Assembly: GCA_963665775.2 (NCBI GenBank)
Contig: CAXXTF010000001.1
Span: 512,001 to 576,000, forward strand
DNA: 64,000 nucleotides
Source: Dehalococcoidia bacterium
GTDB lineage: Bacteria > Chloroflexota > Dehalococcoidia > SM23-28-2 > RBG-16-64-32
Direction: 5' to 3'
In this document: one piece after another, positions 11,808-22,379 of the stretch
How positions within the stretch are numbered: position 1 is the stretch's first letter
How the letters are laid out: each line of letters opens with the position of its first letter
Made by a program: the position numbers and the translations under genes
Notes under the pieces: model-generated
What the model saw: the letters and a program-made list of their open reading frames with translations, nothing else
Told to the model about the DNA's origin: nothing
Databases searched by the model: none

Positions 11808-13158
11808 AGAGCAACAGCGCCCCCAGCTGCTTCAGGCAGCCATCAACGCGATGTTCCAGCGGGACATCCGGGAGAAGCTGCTGTTCACCTTCGCCATGCT
11901 GGTGATCTTCCGCTTCACGGCTAATCTGCCGGTGCCGGGGGTCAATACGGAGCAGCTGTCGCAGATCTTCGAGCAAAGCACCGTGCTGGGGTTCATGAAC
12001 ATCTTCAGCGGCGGTGCCCTCCAGAACATGAGCGTGGCCGCCATGGGCGTCTACCCCTACATCACATCCTCCATCGTCATGCAGTTGATGGTGCCCATCG
12101 TCCCCGCCCTCCAGGCCCTCTCCCGTGAGGGAGAGCAGGGCCGCCGCCAGATCCAGATATACACCCACTGGATGACGGTGCCCATGGCCCTGGTGCAGGG
12201 GTACGGCCAGCTCATCCTGATCCAGAGCCAGGGTGGGATCAGCGGTATCGAGCTGACTGGTGCCAACTCCCTGAATACGATTTCGATCCTCATCACGATG
12301 ACCGCCGGCACCATGTTCCTGGTCTGGCTGGGGGAGCTCATCAGCGAGCGGGGCATCGGCAACGGCATCTCGTTGATCATCTTCGCCGGTATCATCGGCG
12401 GGCTCCCCCAATTGATCGGCGGCCGCTTGTACACGGGCACCGGCGAGGGGGTCACGGCCACCATCGCTCTGGCGGTGCTCATGATCGGGCTGGTGTCCTA
12501 CATCGTTTTCTTCCAGGAGGGGCAGCGGCGCATCCCCGTGCAGTACTCGCGCAGCGTCTTCAGATCCGGCCGAATGTATCGCCAGTCGGGCCAGACGCAC
12601 ATCCCTCTGAAGGTGAACACGACGGGGATGATCCCGCTCATCTTTGCCTTCTCTATCATCATCTTTCCGGCGTACGTAGGCCAGATTCTGGCCCGCCCCG
12701 GCTCCAGCGGCTTCATCGCCAGCGTTGGGGATTGGGTACAGAGCGCCTTCGATCCGGCTAACCCCTGGTACTGGCTCTTCCTCTTCATAACGGTCGTAGT
12801 GTTCACCTTCTTCTACACCATGGTCGTCTTTCAGCAACAGAACCTGGCGGAGAACCTGCAGCGGCAGGGCGGCTTCGTCCCCGGCATCCGTCCCGGGCGG
12901 CCAACCCAGGAGTACATCAACCGGGTGCTCCTGCGAATCACCTGGGGAGGCGCCTTCTTCCTGGGGTCGGTGGCCATCGCCCCTTTCATCTTCTCTCAGG
13001 TGATCGGCGGCACCGGCGGGCTGAGCGCGCGAGGAGGCACCGCTGCCTTCGGCATCACCAGCGCCGGCATGATCATCGTCGTCGGCGTGGTGCTGGATAC
13101 GATGCGCCAGATCGAATCGCAGCTCCTGATGCGCCAGTACGAAGGCTTCATTCGGTAG
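11791..13158 (+). CDS. secY: Preprotein translocase subunit SecY
   Basis: [47 protein letters not shown]. Confidence 0.98.
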   Translation: MATAAREQQRPQLLQAAINAMFQRDIREKLLFTFAMLVIFRFTANLPVPGVNTEQLSQIFEQSTVLGFMNIFSGGALQNMSVAAMGVYPYITSSIVMQLMVPIVPALQALSREGEQGRRQIQIYTHWMTVPMALVQGYGQLILIQSQGGISGIELTGANSLNTISILITMTAGTMFLVWLGELISERGIGNGISLIIFAGIIGGLPQLIGGRLYTGTGEGVTATIALAVLMIGLVSYIVFFQEGQRRIPVQYSRSVFRSGRMYRQSGQTHIPLKVNTTGMIPLIFAFSIIIFPAYVGQILARPGSSGFIASVGDWVQSAFDPANPWYWLFLFITVVVFTFFYTMVVFQQQNLAENLQRQGGFVPGIRPGRPTQEYINRVLLRITWGGAFFLGSVAIAPFIFSQVIGGTGGLSARGGTAAFGITSAGMIIVVGVVLDTMRQIESQLLMRQYEGFIR

Positions 13159-13174
13159 GGATGGAGACAGCCAG

Positions 13175-13831
13175 TTGTACTTGATCCTGCTGGGCTTGCC
13201 TGGGGCGGGCAAGGGAACTCAGGCTGCCCGCCTGACCGGGCCGATGGGGCTAGCGCACATCACGACCGGTGACCTTTTCCGGGAGAATATCCGGCGGGAG
13301 ACAGAGCTGGGCAAGAAGGCGCAGCCCTACGTGGAGAGTGGCCTGTTAGTGCCCGACGAGCTCACCATCGGCATGCTCCTGGAGCGCATCTCGCAACCGG
13401 ACTGCGCCCGCGGCTGCATGCTGGACGGCTTCCCGCGGAATCTGGAGCAGGCCCAGGCCCTGGACGGAGCGCTGGGCCGGTGGGAGAAGGCAATCGACAA
13501 AACCGCCTACATAAAGGTTTCCACGGACGAGCTGGTGCGGCGTCTGGGAGGGCGCTGGAACTGCCGCGGCTGTACTGAGGTCTATCACGAGAGCAGCCGT
13601 CCGCCCAAGGTGGCGGGGCTCTGCGACAACTGTGGGGGACAGCTGTACCAGCGCGGGGACGACCGGCCCGAGGTGGTCCGTACACGCCTGGAAGTGAACC
13701 TAACGCAGCTGGAGCCGCTCCTCCAGTATTACCGCCAGCAAGGGAAGCTCGTAGAGATTGACGGGGAACAGGAGATGGACGCCGTCGGCGAGCAGCTAAA
13801 GGCTGCGCTCTGCCCTGTGGAGGCGCGATAG
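13175..13831 (+). CDS. adk: Adenylate kinase with zinc lid
   Basis: GLPGAGKGTQA, LDGFPR, CxxC...CxxC lid. Confidence 0.97.
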   Translation: MYLILLGLPGAGKGTQAARLTGPMGLAHITTGDLFRENIRRETELGKKAQPYVESGLLVPDELTIGMLLERISQPDCARGCMLDGFPRNLEQAQALDGALGRWEKAIDKTAYIKVSTDELVRRLGGRWNCRGCTEVYHESSRPPKVAGLCDNCGGQLYQRGDDRPEVVRTRLEVNLTQLEPLLQYYRQQGKLVEIDGEQEMDAVGEQLKAALCPVEAR

Positions 13832-13837
13832 TCGCCT

Positions 13838-14587
13838 ATGCCCATCATCTTGAAATCTAGGGATGAGATAGCCATCATGAGAGAAGCCGGCCGTATCCTG
13901 GCTGAGACGTTGCAGATCCTGGTGGACCGGGTGCGCCCTGGCCTCGTGGTGAAGGAGTTGGATGCGATCGTGCGGGAGGAGTTCCGGAAGCGGGCCGTAG
14001 AGCCCACGTTCCTTGGCTACCAGGGCTATCCGGCCACCGTGTGCGTCTCCGTGAACGACGAGATCGTTCACGGCATCCCTGGCGATCGGGAGATCGGTAG
14101 TGGCGACCTGGTGAGCATAGATTTGGGCTGCACCTACAAGGGATTCGTCGCCGACTCGGCGCTGACGGTGGCTGTCGATGAGGTCTCCGCGGAGGCCCAG
14201 GGCCTTCTGGATACCACCCGAGAGGCGCTCTTCCGGGGGATCGCCGCCGCCCGCAGCGGGGCCCGTCTGGGCGAGATAGGGGCGGCTGTCCAGAGCTTTG
14301 CGGAGGGGCGGAACTACTCTGTGGTCCGGGAGTATGTGGGTCACGGCGTGGGCCGGCAGATGCACGAGGAGCCGCAGGTGCCGAACTACGGCAGCGCGGA
14401 CTCGGGCCCAGTGCTCCGGCCGGGGATGGTGCTGGCCATCGAGCCCATGGTGAACATGGGCGATTGGCGCACGAAGCGGGACTCCGACAACTGGACGGTG
14501 CGGACGCTGGACGGCAGCCTCTCCGCCCACTTCGAGCACACGATCGCCATCACTGACGGCGAGGCAGAGGTGCTCACAATACCGTAG
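13838..14587 (+). CDS. map: Methionine aminopeptidase type I
   Basis: [35 protein letters not shown]. Confidence 0.97.
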   Translation: MPIILKSRDEIAIMREAGRILAETLQILVDRVRPGLVVKELDAIVREEFRKRAVEPTFLGYQGYPATVCVSVNDEIVHGIPGDREIGSGDLVSIDLGCTYKGFVADSALTVAVDEVSAEAQGLLDTTREALFRGIAAARSGARLGEIGAAVQSFAEGRNYSVVREYVGHGVGRQMHEEPQVPNYGSADSGPVLRPGMVLAIEPMVNMGDWRTKRDSDNWTVRTLDGSLSAHFEHTIAITDGEAEVLTIP

Positions 14588-14643
14588 AATATCTTATTAG
14601 GGCGGAGCCAGCCGCTCAGGAGGTGATCGGCCGCAGGCAGCTT

Positions 14644-14862
14644 ATGGCTAAAAAGGAAGCGATAGAAGTAGAAGGGGTTGTGAAGGAGAATTTGCCCAAC
14701 GCCATGTTTCGTGTAGAATTAGCAAATGGGCATCGAGTTCTAGCTCATGCTTCCGGCAAGATTCGCATACACTTTATCCGTATCCTTCCCGGGGACCGAG
14801 TCCTGGTAGAGCTATCGCCGTATGACCTGGCCCGGGGTAGGATCACTTATCGTTTTAGGTAG
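14644..14862 (+). CDS. infA: Translation initiation factor IF-1
   Basis: [35 protein letters not shown]. Confidence 0.97.
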   Translation: MAKKEAIEVEGVVKENLPNAMFRVELANGHRVLAHASGKIRIHFIRILPGDRVLVELSPYDLARGRITYRFR

Positions 14863-14870
14863 ACACAGTC

Positions 14871-14984
14871 ATGAAGGTACAGGCATCGGTAAAGCGGCGC
14901 TGCGAGAAGTGCAAGGTCGTGCGTCGCAAAGGCGTCGTTCGTATCATCTGCTCGAATCCCCGCCACAAGCAGAGGCAAGGGTAG
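14871..14984 (+). CDS. rpmJ: 50S ribosomal protein L36 (too short for the ORF track)
   Basis: Manual translation: [37 protein letters not shown]. Confidence 0.96.
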   Translation: MKVQASVKRRCEKCKVVRRKGVVRIICSNPRHKQRQG

Positions 14985-14993
14985 GAGGGTCCT

Positions 14994-15377
14994 ATGGCTC
15001 GTATCTCCGGCGTTGACATCCCTCGCGACAAGCGGCTTGAGGTGTCGCTCTACTACATATACGGCATTGGCCGGCCCAGCGCCCTCAAGATATGCGAGGG
15101 TGTGAACGTAGCGAAGGAGACGAAGGTGCGGGAGTTGACCGACGATGAAGTGTCCCGCATCCGTGAGTTTATCGATCGGAACTACTCAGTGGAGGGCGAG
15201 CTGCGCCGGCAGGTTCGCCAAGAGATCCAGCGACTCATCGAGATCAATAGCTATCGCGGCATCCGCCACCGGCGCGGATTGCCGGCGCGGGGTCAGCGTA
15301 CTCACACCAACGCCCGTACCAATCGGGGCCCGCGACGCGCCGTGGCCGGCCGGCGGCGGGCCGTATTGAAGAAGTAA
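14994..15377 (+). CDS. rpsM: 30S ribosomal protein S13
   Basis: [31 protein letters not shown]. Confidence 0.98.
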   Translation: MARISGVDIPRDKRLEVSLYYIYGIGRPSALKICEGVNVAKETKVRELTDDEVSRIREFIDRNYSVEGELRRQVRQEIQRLIEINSYRGIRHRRGLPARGQRTHTNARTNRGPRRAVAGRRRAVLKK

Positions 15378-15389
15378 GGAAGAGTCTCT

Positions 15390-15779
15390 ATGGCAGAACG
15401 CAAACCCCGCACTCGTAGGCGCGAGAAGAAGAACGTCCCCGTGGGGCACGCCTATGTCCAGTCCACCTTCAACAATACTGTCATCACCCTGACCGATCCT
15501 CAGGGCGCTGTGCTGTCCTGGGCCTCCGCTGGCACGGCGGGCTTCAAAGGCTCCCGGAAAAGCACTCCTTACGCGGCTGGGCTGGCTGCCGAGTCGGCGG
15601 CCCGCAAGGCTATGGACCACGGTCTGCGTCAGGTGGACGTTCGGGTAAAAGGGCCTGGCAGCGGTCGGGAGGCTGCTATCCGCTCTCTACAGGCCGCTGG
15701 GTTGCAGGTTACAAGCATCCGGGATGTCACACCTATCCCCCACAACGGCTGCCGCCCGCCGAAGCGGCGCCGAGTATAG
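15390..15779 (+). CDS. rpsK: 30S ribosomal protein S11
   Basis: [37 protein letters not shown]. Confidence 0.98.
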   Translation: MAERKPRTRRREKKNVPVGHAYVQSTFNNTVITLTDPQGAVLSWASAGTAGFKGSRKSTPYAAGLAAESAARKAMDHGLRQVDVRVKGPGSGREAAIRSLQAAGLQVTSIRDVTPIPHNGCRPPKRRRV

Positions 15780-15790
15780 AGGAGACGCAG

Positions 15791-16417
15791 ATGGCTCGGA
15801 ATACTGGTCCGGTCTGCCGCCTCTGTCGCCGCCTGGGCGATAAGCTGTTCTTGAAGGGGGATAAGTGCTTTACGCCCAAATGCTCCTTTGAGCGCCGGCC
15901 CTTCGCTCCAGGCCAGCGCCCTCTGCGCCGTCGCCGGGTCTCTGACCGAGGCCTGCAACTGCGTGAGAAGCAGAAGGCTCGCGCGGTCTACGGGGTGCTG
16001 GAACGTCAGTTCCGGCGCTACTATGAGGAGGCGGTGAGGCGCCACGGTGTCACCGCTGAAACGCTACTGCACACCCTGGAGCTGCGGTTGGACAGCGTCG
16101 TGTACCGTCTGGGCTTCGCTGATTCGCGGAGTCAGGCGCGGCAGGTGGCCCTGCACGGTCACATCGCCGTCAACGGTCGCAAGGCCGCCATCCCTTCTCA
16201 CGTCCTCAAGATCGGCGATGTGGTCACCTGGACGCAGCGTGGCAGCAACTCGGAGTACTTCAAGTTGGTGAAAGAGCAGGTGGGTGGCAAGACCGTTCCC
16301 GCCTGGCTCAGTTTGGACGTCGGAGAGATGAGCGGACGCGTACTGGCTTTGCCGGAGATGGATGAGATAGGCGCCCAGTTCAACCCGGCCACCATCGTAG
16401 AATACTACTCACGGTAG
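15791..16417 (+). CDS. rpsD: 30S ribosomal protein S4, zinc type
   Basis: GPVCRLCRR, QLREKQK, LELRLDSVVYRLGFA, IVEYYSR. Confidence 0.97.
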   Translation: MARNTGPVCRLCRRLGDKLFLKGDKCFTPKCSFERRPFAPGQRPLRRRRVSDRGLQLREKQKARAVYGVLERQFRRYYEEAVRRHGVTAETLLHTLELRLDSVVYRLGFADSRSQARQVALHGHIAVNGRKAAIPSHVLKIGDVVTWTQRGSNSEYFKLVKEQVGGKTVPAWLSLDVGEMSGRVLALPEMDEIGAQFNPATIVEYYSR

Positions 16418-16418
16418 G

Positions 16419-17750
16419 ATGCAGATGTTAGAACCTACGGTATACCAAGGGGTTGGGTCCTACCCGGCCGAGCAGCTTGAGCCACTGGCCGATCCGCAGA
16501 TCGAGATCGAGGAGTCGGCCGAAGACTACGTGCGCATAGTGGCGGCACCTTTGCCCCCGGGTTTCGGCATTACCATGGGGAACTCTCTCCGGCGGGCGCT
16601 TCTCAGCTCGCTTCCGGGCGCGGCCGTCACCTCAGTGCGGATCGACGATGTGCAGCATGAGTTCTCCACTATCCCCCATGTCAAAGAGGACAGCATAGAG
16701 TTCATTCTCAACGTGAAGGAGCTGCGTCTCCGTGCCCTGTCTGACCGGCCCGGAACCCTCATTCTGGACGTAAGCGGCCGCGAGGGCCCGATCACCGCCG
16801 CGGACATCCGGGTCCCGGAGAACTATGAGGTCGTGAATCCAGATCTCTACCTGGCTTCCCTGGACTCGACCGACAGCCGTCTGCACGTGGAGTTCAACGT
16901 TGAGATAGGGCAGGGCTATGCGCCCGCTGGCGATACGGATGGCCTGCCGATCGGCGTTATTCCGGTCGACGCCATCTTCTCGCCGGTGCGCAAGGTGACC
17001 TACAAGGTGCAGCACACCCGCGTCGGTCAGGCCACCAACTATGACAAGCTCACCATGGAGGTCTGGACTGACGGGACTATCTCTGGTGTGGGAAGCGTTA
17101 GCAAGAGCGCTGATATCCTGATGACACAGTTCGAACTCTTCTCGGCCATGGGACGGCCGGTACTGCCGGTGATGGAGCGCGGCCTCGGCGCTAGTATTGC
17201 TTTGCCGCCGGAGAAGTACAACATGTCCATCGAGGACCTAGATCTCTCCATGCGGGCCTACAACTGCCTTCGCCGCAGCGGCTTGATGACCATAGGGCAG
17301 GTGCTGGAGAAAAGCGAGGAGGAGTTGCTGACGCTGCGCAACTTTGGCCGCAAGTCTTACGACGAGCTCAGGGCCAGGCTGGACGAGCTAGAGCTTCTCC
17401 CCGCCGACCAGGGTGAACCGGAGCTGATGGAGGCCACGCCCCTGGACGAGGAGGAGACTCCCATCGCGGCTCGCCGCCCCGTGGAGACGGAAGCGGCACC
17501 CGTTATCGAGGAGGCACCAGCGGCGGCGCCCGTGGTGGAGCCGGAGCCTCCGGCCGAGCCCGAAGCGGCGGCCCAGCCCGCGGCGGCAGCCCCCGCCAAG
17601 AAGTCCGCCCGGAAGACGAAGGCGGCGAAGGCGGCGGAGGCTGCCCCCCCAGCCGGCGGCGAGGAGGGGGATGAGGAGATCCCGGACTGGAAGCGAAAGC
17701 TCCGGGAACTCACCGGCGAAGAGGCTGCCGCTGACGGGGAAGGAAGCTAG
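16419..17750 (+). CDS. rpoA: RNA polymerase alpha subunit with acidic C-terminal extension
   Basis: [45 protein letters not shown]. Confidence 0.97.
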   Translation: MQMLEPTVYQGVGSYPAEQLEPLADPQIEIEESAEDYVRIVAAPLPPGFGITMGNSLRRALLSSLPGAAVTSVRIDDVQHEFSTIPHVKEDSIEFILNVKELRLRALSDRPGTLILDVSGREGPITAADIRVPENYEVVNPDLYLASLDSTDSRLHVEFNVEIGQGYAPAGDTDGLPIGVIPVDAIFSPVRKVTYKVQHTRVGQATNYDKLTMEVWTDGTISGVGSVSKSADILMTQFELFSAMGRPVLPVMERGLGASIALPPEKYNMSIEDLDLSMRAYNCLRRSGLMTIGQVLEKSEEELLTLRNFGRKSYDELRARLDELELLPADQGEPELMEATPLDEEETPIAARRPVETEAAPVIEEAPAAAPVVEPEPPAEPEAAAQPAAAAPAKKSARKTKAAKAAEAAPPAGGEEGDEEIPDWKRKLRELTGEEAAADGEGS

Positions 17751-17752
17751 TC

Positions 17753-18115
17753 TTGGCACATCGCATTAGCGGTCGCAAGCTGGGCCGCCCTACGGACCAC
17801 CGTCTGGCCATGTTCCGGAATCTGGTTACGGACCTATTGCGGCACGAAAGGATCATCACAACCGAGGCCAAGGCCAAGGAGATACGCGGTCTGGCGGAGA
17901 AGGTTATCACCCTGGGAAAGAGAGGCAGCCTTCATTCGCGGCGGCAGGCCCTGGGCTACGTCTACGATAAGAGGGTCGTGCAGAAGCTATTTGACGATCT
18001 GGCCATCCGCTATGCTGATCGCCCGGGCGGCTACAGCCGTATAGTAAAGCTGGGCCCCCGCCAGGGCGATGGAGCGCGCATGGCCCAGGTAGAGCTAATT
18101 CAGGAGGGGGCCTAG
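17753..18115 (+). CDS. rplQ: 50S ribosomal protein L17
   Basis: GRKLGR...[24 protein letters not shown]. Confidence 0.97.
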   Translation: MAHRISGRKLGRPTDHRLAMFRNLVTDLLRHERIITTEAKAKEIRGLAEKVITLGKRGSLHSRRQALGYVYDKRVVQKLFDDLAIRYADRPGGYSRIVKLGPRQGDGARMAQVELIQEGA

Positions 18116-18152
18116 GTCCCAGAGCCGGCTGGCTTTCGGGCCCGGACCGGGA

Positions 18153-18947
18153 ATGCAGCGGGACGAGCCCGTTCGTCGGCTGGCCCTCCTCGTCGAGTAC
18201 GAGGGGACAGCCTACGGAGGCTCCCAGTACCAGAAGAACGCGCCGACGATACAGGACTCGCTGGAGCGGGCCCTGAGCAGTTTAACAGACGAACCTATAA
18301 GGATAGCCCTGGCCGGCCGTACCGACGCCGGTGTGCACGCCAGGGGGCAGGTAGCCTCCTTCGTGACCGCCAGCAGGCACTCGCCGGATACCTTTGCGCG
18401 GGGGCTCAACGCCCTCCTGCCGGAAGATGTCTCCGTCCGGGCGGCGGTGGAGACGGCGCTGACGTTCGATCCCCGTCGACAGGCGTCGAGCCGTTGGTAC
18501 CGCTACACCATCCGGACGGCGAGCCAGCGATCGGCTCTGCGCCGGCGTCTGGTCTGGCACCTGGGCCAGCCTCTGAACCTGGAGGCCATGATCAGGGCGG
18601 CAGGCTTCCTCTCAGGCCGGCACGACTTCGCGGCCTTCACCAGGCCCTCAGAGGCCAGGCGAAGGCGCACGGAGCGGGTGGTCATCTCCGCCCGCCTCGG
18701 ATGTGCGAAGGGGTTGACCGGCTTCGACATCGAGGCCAACGCATTCTTGCCGCAGATGGTGAGGCGTCTGGTGGGCGCTCTGGCAGAGGTAGGGCTGGGC
18801 AAACGCACAGCCTCCCAGTTCGAGGCGCTTCTGCGGGAAGCGCGGCCCGGTGCGGCCAGCGTTGCGGCACCGGCGCGGGGGCTATGCCTGATGAAGGTTC
18901 GTTACGAGAACGGGATGTTCGACGATGAAACAGACGAAGACATATAG
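18153..18947 (+). CDS. truA: tRNA pseudouridine(38-40) synthase
   Basis: AGRTDAGVHARGQV, GRHDFAAF, FLPQMVR, APARGL. Confidence 0.95.
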   Translation: MQRDEPVRRLALLVEYEGTAYGGSQYQKNAPTIQDSLERALSSLTDEPIRIALAGRTDAGVHARGQVASFVTASRHSPDTFARGLNALLPEDVSVRAAVETALTFDPRRQASSRWYRYTIRTASQRSALRRRLVWHLGQPLNLEAMIRAAGFLSGRHDFAAFTRPSEARRRRTERVVISARLGCAKGLTGFDIEANAFLPQMVRRLVGALAEVGLGKRTASQFEALLREARPGAASVAAPARGLCLMKVRYENGMFDDETDEDI

Positions 18948-19422
18948 CCTGAAGGCGAAAGAGATCGATAAGGGCTGGCACGTAATCGATGCCACGGGCC
19001 AGACCTTGGGCCGTCTGGCCAGCCGGGTGGCCGGTCTCCTCATGGGCAAGCACAAGCCCACGTATTCGCCGCACCTGGACATGGGCGATTTCGTGGTGGT
19101 GGTGAACGCGGAGAAGGTCAGGGTCACCGGCAAGAAGCTGACCGACAAGATATACTACCGCCACACCGGCTATATGGGAGGGATCAAGGAGACCGTTCTC
19201 AAGGACCTTCTGGCCCGTCGCCCGGGCCGCGTCTTTGAGCTTGCCGTGCGGGGGATGCTCCCCCGCAACCGGCTGAGCCGAGCGCTGTTGCGACACATGA
19301 AGGTCTACGCTGGGCCGGACCACCCGCACGAGGCCCAGGTCAACGCCTCCCGCAAGCGACAGGACCGGCGGGCCGGAGAGACGGCCGTCAAGGCCGCGCC
19401 TGAAACGGAGCAGTCGTCATGA
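18925..19422 (+). CDS. rplM: 50S ribosomal protein L13
   Basis: WHVIDA.GQTLGRLAS, GKHKP.Y.PH.D.GD, YYRHTGY. Confidence 0.97.
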   Translation: MKQTKTYSLKAKEIDKGWHVIDATGQTLGRLASRVAGLLMGKHKPTYSPHLDMGDFVVVVNAEKVRVTGKKLTDKIYYRHTGYMGGIKETVLKDLLARRPGRVFELAVRGMLPRNRLSRALLRHMKVYAGPDHPHEAQVNASRKRQDRRAGETAVKAAPETEQSS

Positions 19423-19847
19423 CTCAAGAGCAAACCAAAGATGCCCCGGTCCCTCAGACCGGGCAGTACTACTACGGCACCGGTAGGCGGAAGACGGCGG
19501 TGGCCCGGGTACGGCTGTACTCCGGCCAGGGTGCGATAATGGTCAACGGTAAGCCCTTCCTGGATCTGTTCACCCGTCCCCTGCACCGGAGCCGGATACA
19601 GGCGCCTCTACAGGAGGCTGGCCTAGCCGGTACCTTTAACGTACAGGCGAAGGTGGTGGGCGGCGGCATCAGCGCCTGGGCCGATGCCCTGACCCACGGC
19701 ATCGCCCGTGCCCTGGTAGCCTTTGACGAGCGGCACAGGCCTGCCCTGCGCCGGGCCGGCTTTCTGACCCGCGACCCGCGCGTGAAAGAGCGCAAGAAGT
19801 ACGGCCTGAAGCGGGCCCGCAAGGCGCCCCAGTACACCAAGCGCTAG
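19419..19847 (+). CDS. rpsI: 30S ribosomal protein S9
   Basis: GTGRRKTAVARV, LTRDPRVKERKKYGLKRARKAPQYTKR. Confidence 0.98.
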   Translation: MTQEQTKDAPVPQTGQYYYGTGRRKTAVARVRLYSGQGAIMVNGKPFLDLFTRPLHRSRIQAPLQEAGLAGTFNVQAKVVGGGISAWADALTHGIARALVAFDERHRPALRRAGFLTRDPRVKERKKYGLKRARKAPQYTKR

Positions 19848-19859
19848 CGGGCCTGTCGG

Positions 19860-20927
19860 CTAGCCCTGCTGGGCCAGCCAGGCCTTAAGGTTATCGATGG
19901 CCGTCGTGACGGACGGATCGACGCCGTTAAGCAGCGCCAGGTAGTAGCTCACGTAGTCCCCTAGCAGGACGGTCGATAGGATCTGAGCCAGGGCGCTCTG
20001 GCCCCCTCCCTCCACGACCAGCGTCTCTACGCCCGCCTTCTCCAGCATCCGCTGCGTGAACTCATACCGCAGCCTCACTCGAGGGTGTATGAGGTTGGAC
20101 TGCAGGAAGACAGCGGCGGTGCTGCTGGCGGTCGCCTGGGGCAGCTCGTAGCCGAGGATGGCGTTATGGTTCGCCTCCGGCAGCTCCTCGTAGAAGCTCC
20201 ACACCTTGCTGTTCTCGTTAAGCTGGGACTTCCAGCGGTGGGCCGCCGCTGTCAGAGGCCCGGCGCCGTAGATGACGGGCAGCTTGCCGTGCAGCCGCTG
20301 GGCGATCTGCTTGGCCTGGTTGCCGGCCGCTGGCACCTCCTCGCCGATCCGCTCCTGGCGCTCCTCCATCACGGCCAGGGCCTCCTCCACATCGCGCTCC
20401 AGGCCCGGCATCAGGCCGAGACTGTGGACGACGGTCAGCAGGGGCATGAAGCTCCAGCCCAGGGCCGCCCGCGGCTGTCCCCGGAACTCGTAAGTGAAGA
20501 CGGGCACGCCGTTGGCGCGGGCCGTGGCCAGGAGTTGGCCGCCGCCGGTCACCACGAGCTTCTTGGCCGGCTTCGTCAGGGCCTGGTCGAAGGCGGAGAG
20601 GGTCTCTTCCGTGTTTCCGCTGAAGCTGGAGGCGATGACCAGACTGCGTTCGTCCACGTATGGGGGGAGCTCATACTGGCGGGCGTTGAGCACCGGCATC
20701 GTGCCCTCCCGTTGCAGGAGGGCCCGCAGCATCTCCCCGCCGATGGCTGAGCTCCCCATTCCCAGCACCACGACGCGGTCGATCTGCGAGTAGTCTGGCG
20801 GCAGTGTCAGGGATCGGGCCGCTTCCCAGGCCTGTCGGCACTGCTGCGGCAGCCCCTTGATCGCCTCCCGCATCCCCTGCGGGTCCAGCTTCCTCTGCGC
20901 TTGGAAGTCGTCCAGGATCTCCGCCGT
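19860..20927 (-). CDS. Bifunctional phosphoglucose/phosphomannose isomerase (SIS fold); start codon uncertain
   Basis: GMGSSAIGG, SSFSGNTEET, RWKSQLNENSK, PEANHN; family-like N-terminus (AEILDD..LDP.GM) begins at an ACG overlapping the upstream stop. Confidence 0.88.
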   Translation of the reverse strand, partial: TAEILDDFQAQRKLDPQGMREAIKGLPQQCRQAWEAARSLTLPPDYSQIDRVVVLGMGSSAIGGEMLRALLQREGTMPVLNARQYELPPYVDERSLVIASSFSGNTEETLSAFDQALTKPAKKLVVTGGGQLLATARANGVPVFTYEFRGQPRAALGWSFMPLLTVVHSLGLMPGLERDVEEALAVMEERQERIGEEVPAAGNQAKQIAQRLHGKLPVIYGAGPLTAAAHRWKSQLNENSKVWSFYEELPEANHNAILGYELPQATASSTAAVFLQSNLIHPRVRLRYEFTQRMLEKAGVETLVVEGGGQSALAQILSTVLLGDYVSYYLALLNGVDPSVTTAIDNLKAWLAQQG

Positions 20928-22375
20928 TACACCCTCGCTATCTCGCGGCAGGCGGCCAGCACTGGTCGCACCTGCTCCTCTCGCCGCACTTCCGTGTAGA
21001 CGCGCATCAAGGGCTCCGTGCCGGACAGCCGAATGAGGGCCCAAGCCCCGTCCTCCAACAGAAACCGCAGCCCGTCCGTGCGGTCGTACCCGGTGACTTC
21101 GAGGCCGGCGATGCGCGTGGGCTCCAGCCCCTCGAGCCTCTCCTGAACCCGGGCGCGCTCGCCCTTCTCCATGACGGTGTCTATGCGGTCGTAGTAGTGG
21201 GCTCCCACCTTTTCGAACAGCTCCTCAATGAGCCCCTGGGGCTCCTTGCCGCGGCCGGCCATCAGCTCCAGCAGGTAGAGAGCGGAGAGGATGCCGTCCC
21301 GTTCCGGAAGGTGGCCGCGGAAGGCGAAACCGCCGGACTCCTCGCCGGCGATGAGGGCGTCGGTCTCCCGCATCTTGGGGCCGAGGTACTTGAAGCCGAC
21401 ACCCGTCTCGAAGACGGGAACGTCGTATAGCTCGCCCAGGCGGCTGACCATGCTGGTGGTGGTCACGGACTTGACGATGGGCCCCCGCAGGCCGCGCATC
21501 TCCAGTAGATGATAGGCCAGGAGGGCGAAGGTCTGGAGCTGGTTCACGAACCGCCCCTGGCCATCCACGACGCCGATGCGGTCGGCGTCGCCGTCGGTGA
21601 TCAGCCCGACCTGGGCGCCGTGACGGCGGACAGCACGACGGGTGGCGGCCAGATTGCGGGGGATGGGCTCCGGGTTGTGCATCCCCGGGAACAAAGGGTT
21701 GTGGGCAGCCCGAATCTCCCATACCTTTGTCTTCCCCCCGGACAGCAGCTCCCGCAGGTAGCCCGCGCCCGCGCCGTACATCGGATCGACCAGCACCCGC
21801 AGGTCGGCGGCGCGCAGCCCGTCGAGGTCGACCAGCTCCGAGAGGTGGGCGAGATATGCTGGTCGCGGGTCGAACATGCGCACGAGGTTCCGGCCTTGGG
21901 CGTCAGCCAGGGGAATTCGCGCCACGCCTTGAGAGAGGGCCTGCGGGATCAGAGCCTCGATGCGGTCGAGGACCGGGGGCGGCGCCGCGCCGGCGTACTC
22001 GGTGCGCACCTTGAAGCCGGAGTAGATGGCCGGGTTGTGGCTGGAGGTGATCACCACTGAGCCCGCCGCCTTCTGGGTGAGGATGGCGTATCCCACCACC
22101 GGGGTGGGGGCCGCCCGGTCGCACAGATAGACGGGGATGTCGTTGGCCGCCATCACCTCCGCCACGGCGGCGGCGAACTCCGGCGAGGCGAAGCGCGTGT
22201 CGTACCCCACCACGATGCCGGATGAGGCCAGGCCCGTCTCCCGGATGTAGAGGGCGGTCGCCTGGGCGCAGGTGCGCACGTTTTCGAATGTGAACTCGTC
22301 GCCGATGATGGCGCGCCAGCCGTCCGTGCCGAAGCGGATGGGGCTCTCGCTTAATCCGGCGGCGCGATCCATCAT
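20927..22375 (-). CDS. Phosphoglucomutase/phosphomannomutase family protein
   Basis: IRFGTDGWR, ITSSHNP, DGDADR, GEESGG, R.SGTEP. Confidence 0.95.
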   Translation of the reverse strand: MMDRAAGLSESPIRFGTDGWRAIIGDEFTFENVRTCAQATALYIRETGLASSGIVVGYDTRFASPEFAAAVAEVMAANDIPVYLCDRAAPTPVVGYAILTQKAAGSVVITSSHNPAIYSGFKVRTEYAGAAPPPVLDRIEALIPQALSQGVARIPLADAQGRNLVRMFDPRPAYLAHLSELVDLDGLRAADLRVLVDPMYGAGAGYLRELLSGGKTKVWEIRAAHNPLFPGMHNPEPIPRNLAATRRAVRRHGAQVGLITDGDADRIGVVDGQGRFVNQLQTFALLAYHLLEMRGLRGPIVKSVTTTSMVSRLGELYDVPVFETGVGFKYLGPKMRETDALIAGEESGGFAFRGHLPERDGILSALYLLELMAGRGKEPQGLIEELFEKVGAHYYDRIDTVMEKGERARVQERLEGLEPTRIAGLEVTGYDRTDGLRFLLEDGAWALIRLSGTEPLMRVYTEVRREEQVRPVLAACREIARV

Positions 22376-22379
22376 CGGC

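Noticed and set aside
11674-13212. 512-aa minus-strand ORF
   Set aside because: Antisense shadow of secY.
20928-21044. ORF-track N-terminal extension of PGI/PMI
   Set aside because: Overlaps the PGM gene 3' end by over 100 nt and does not look like family sequence.
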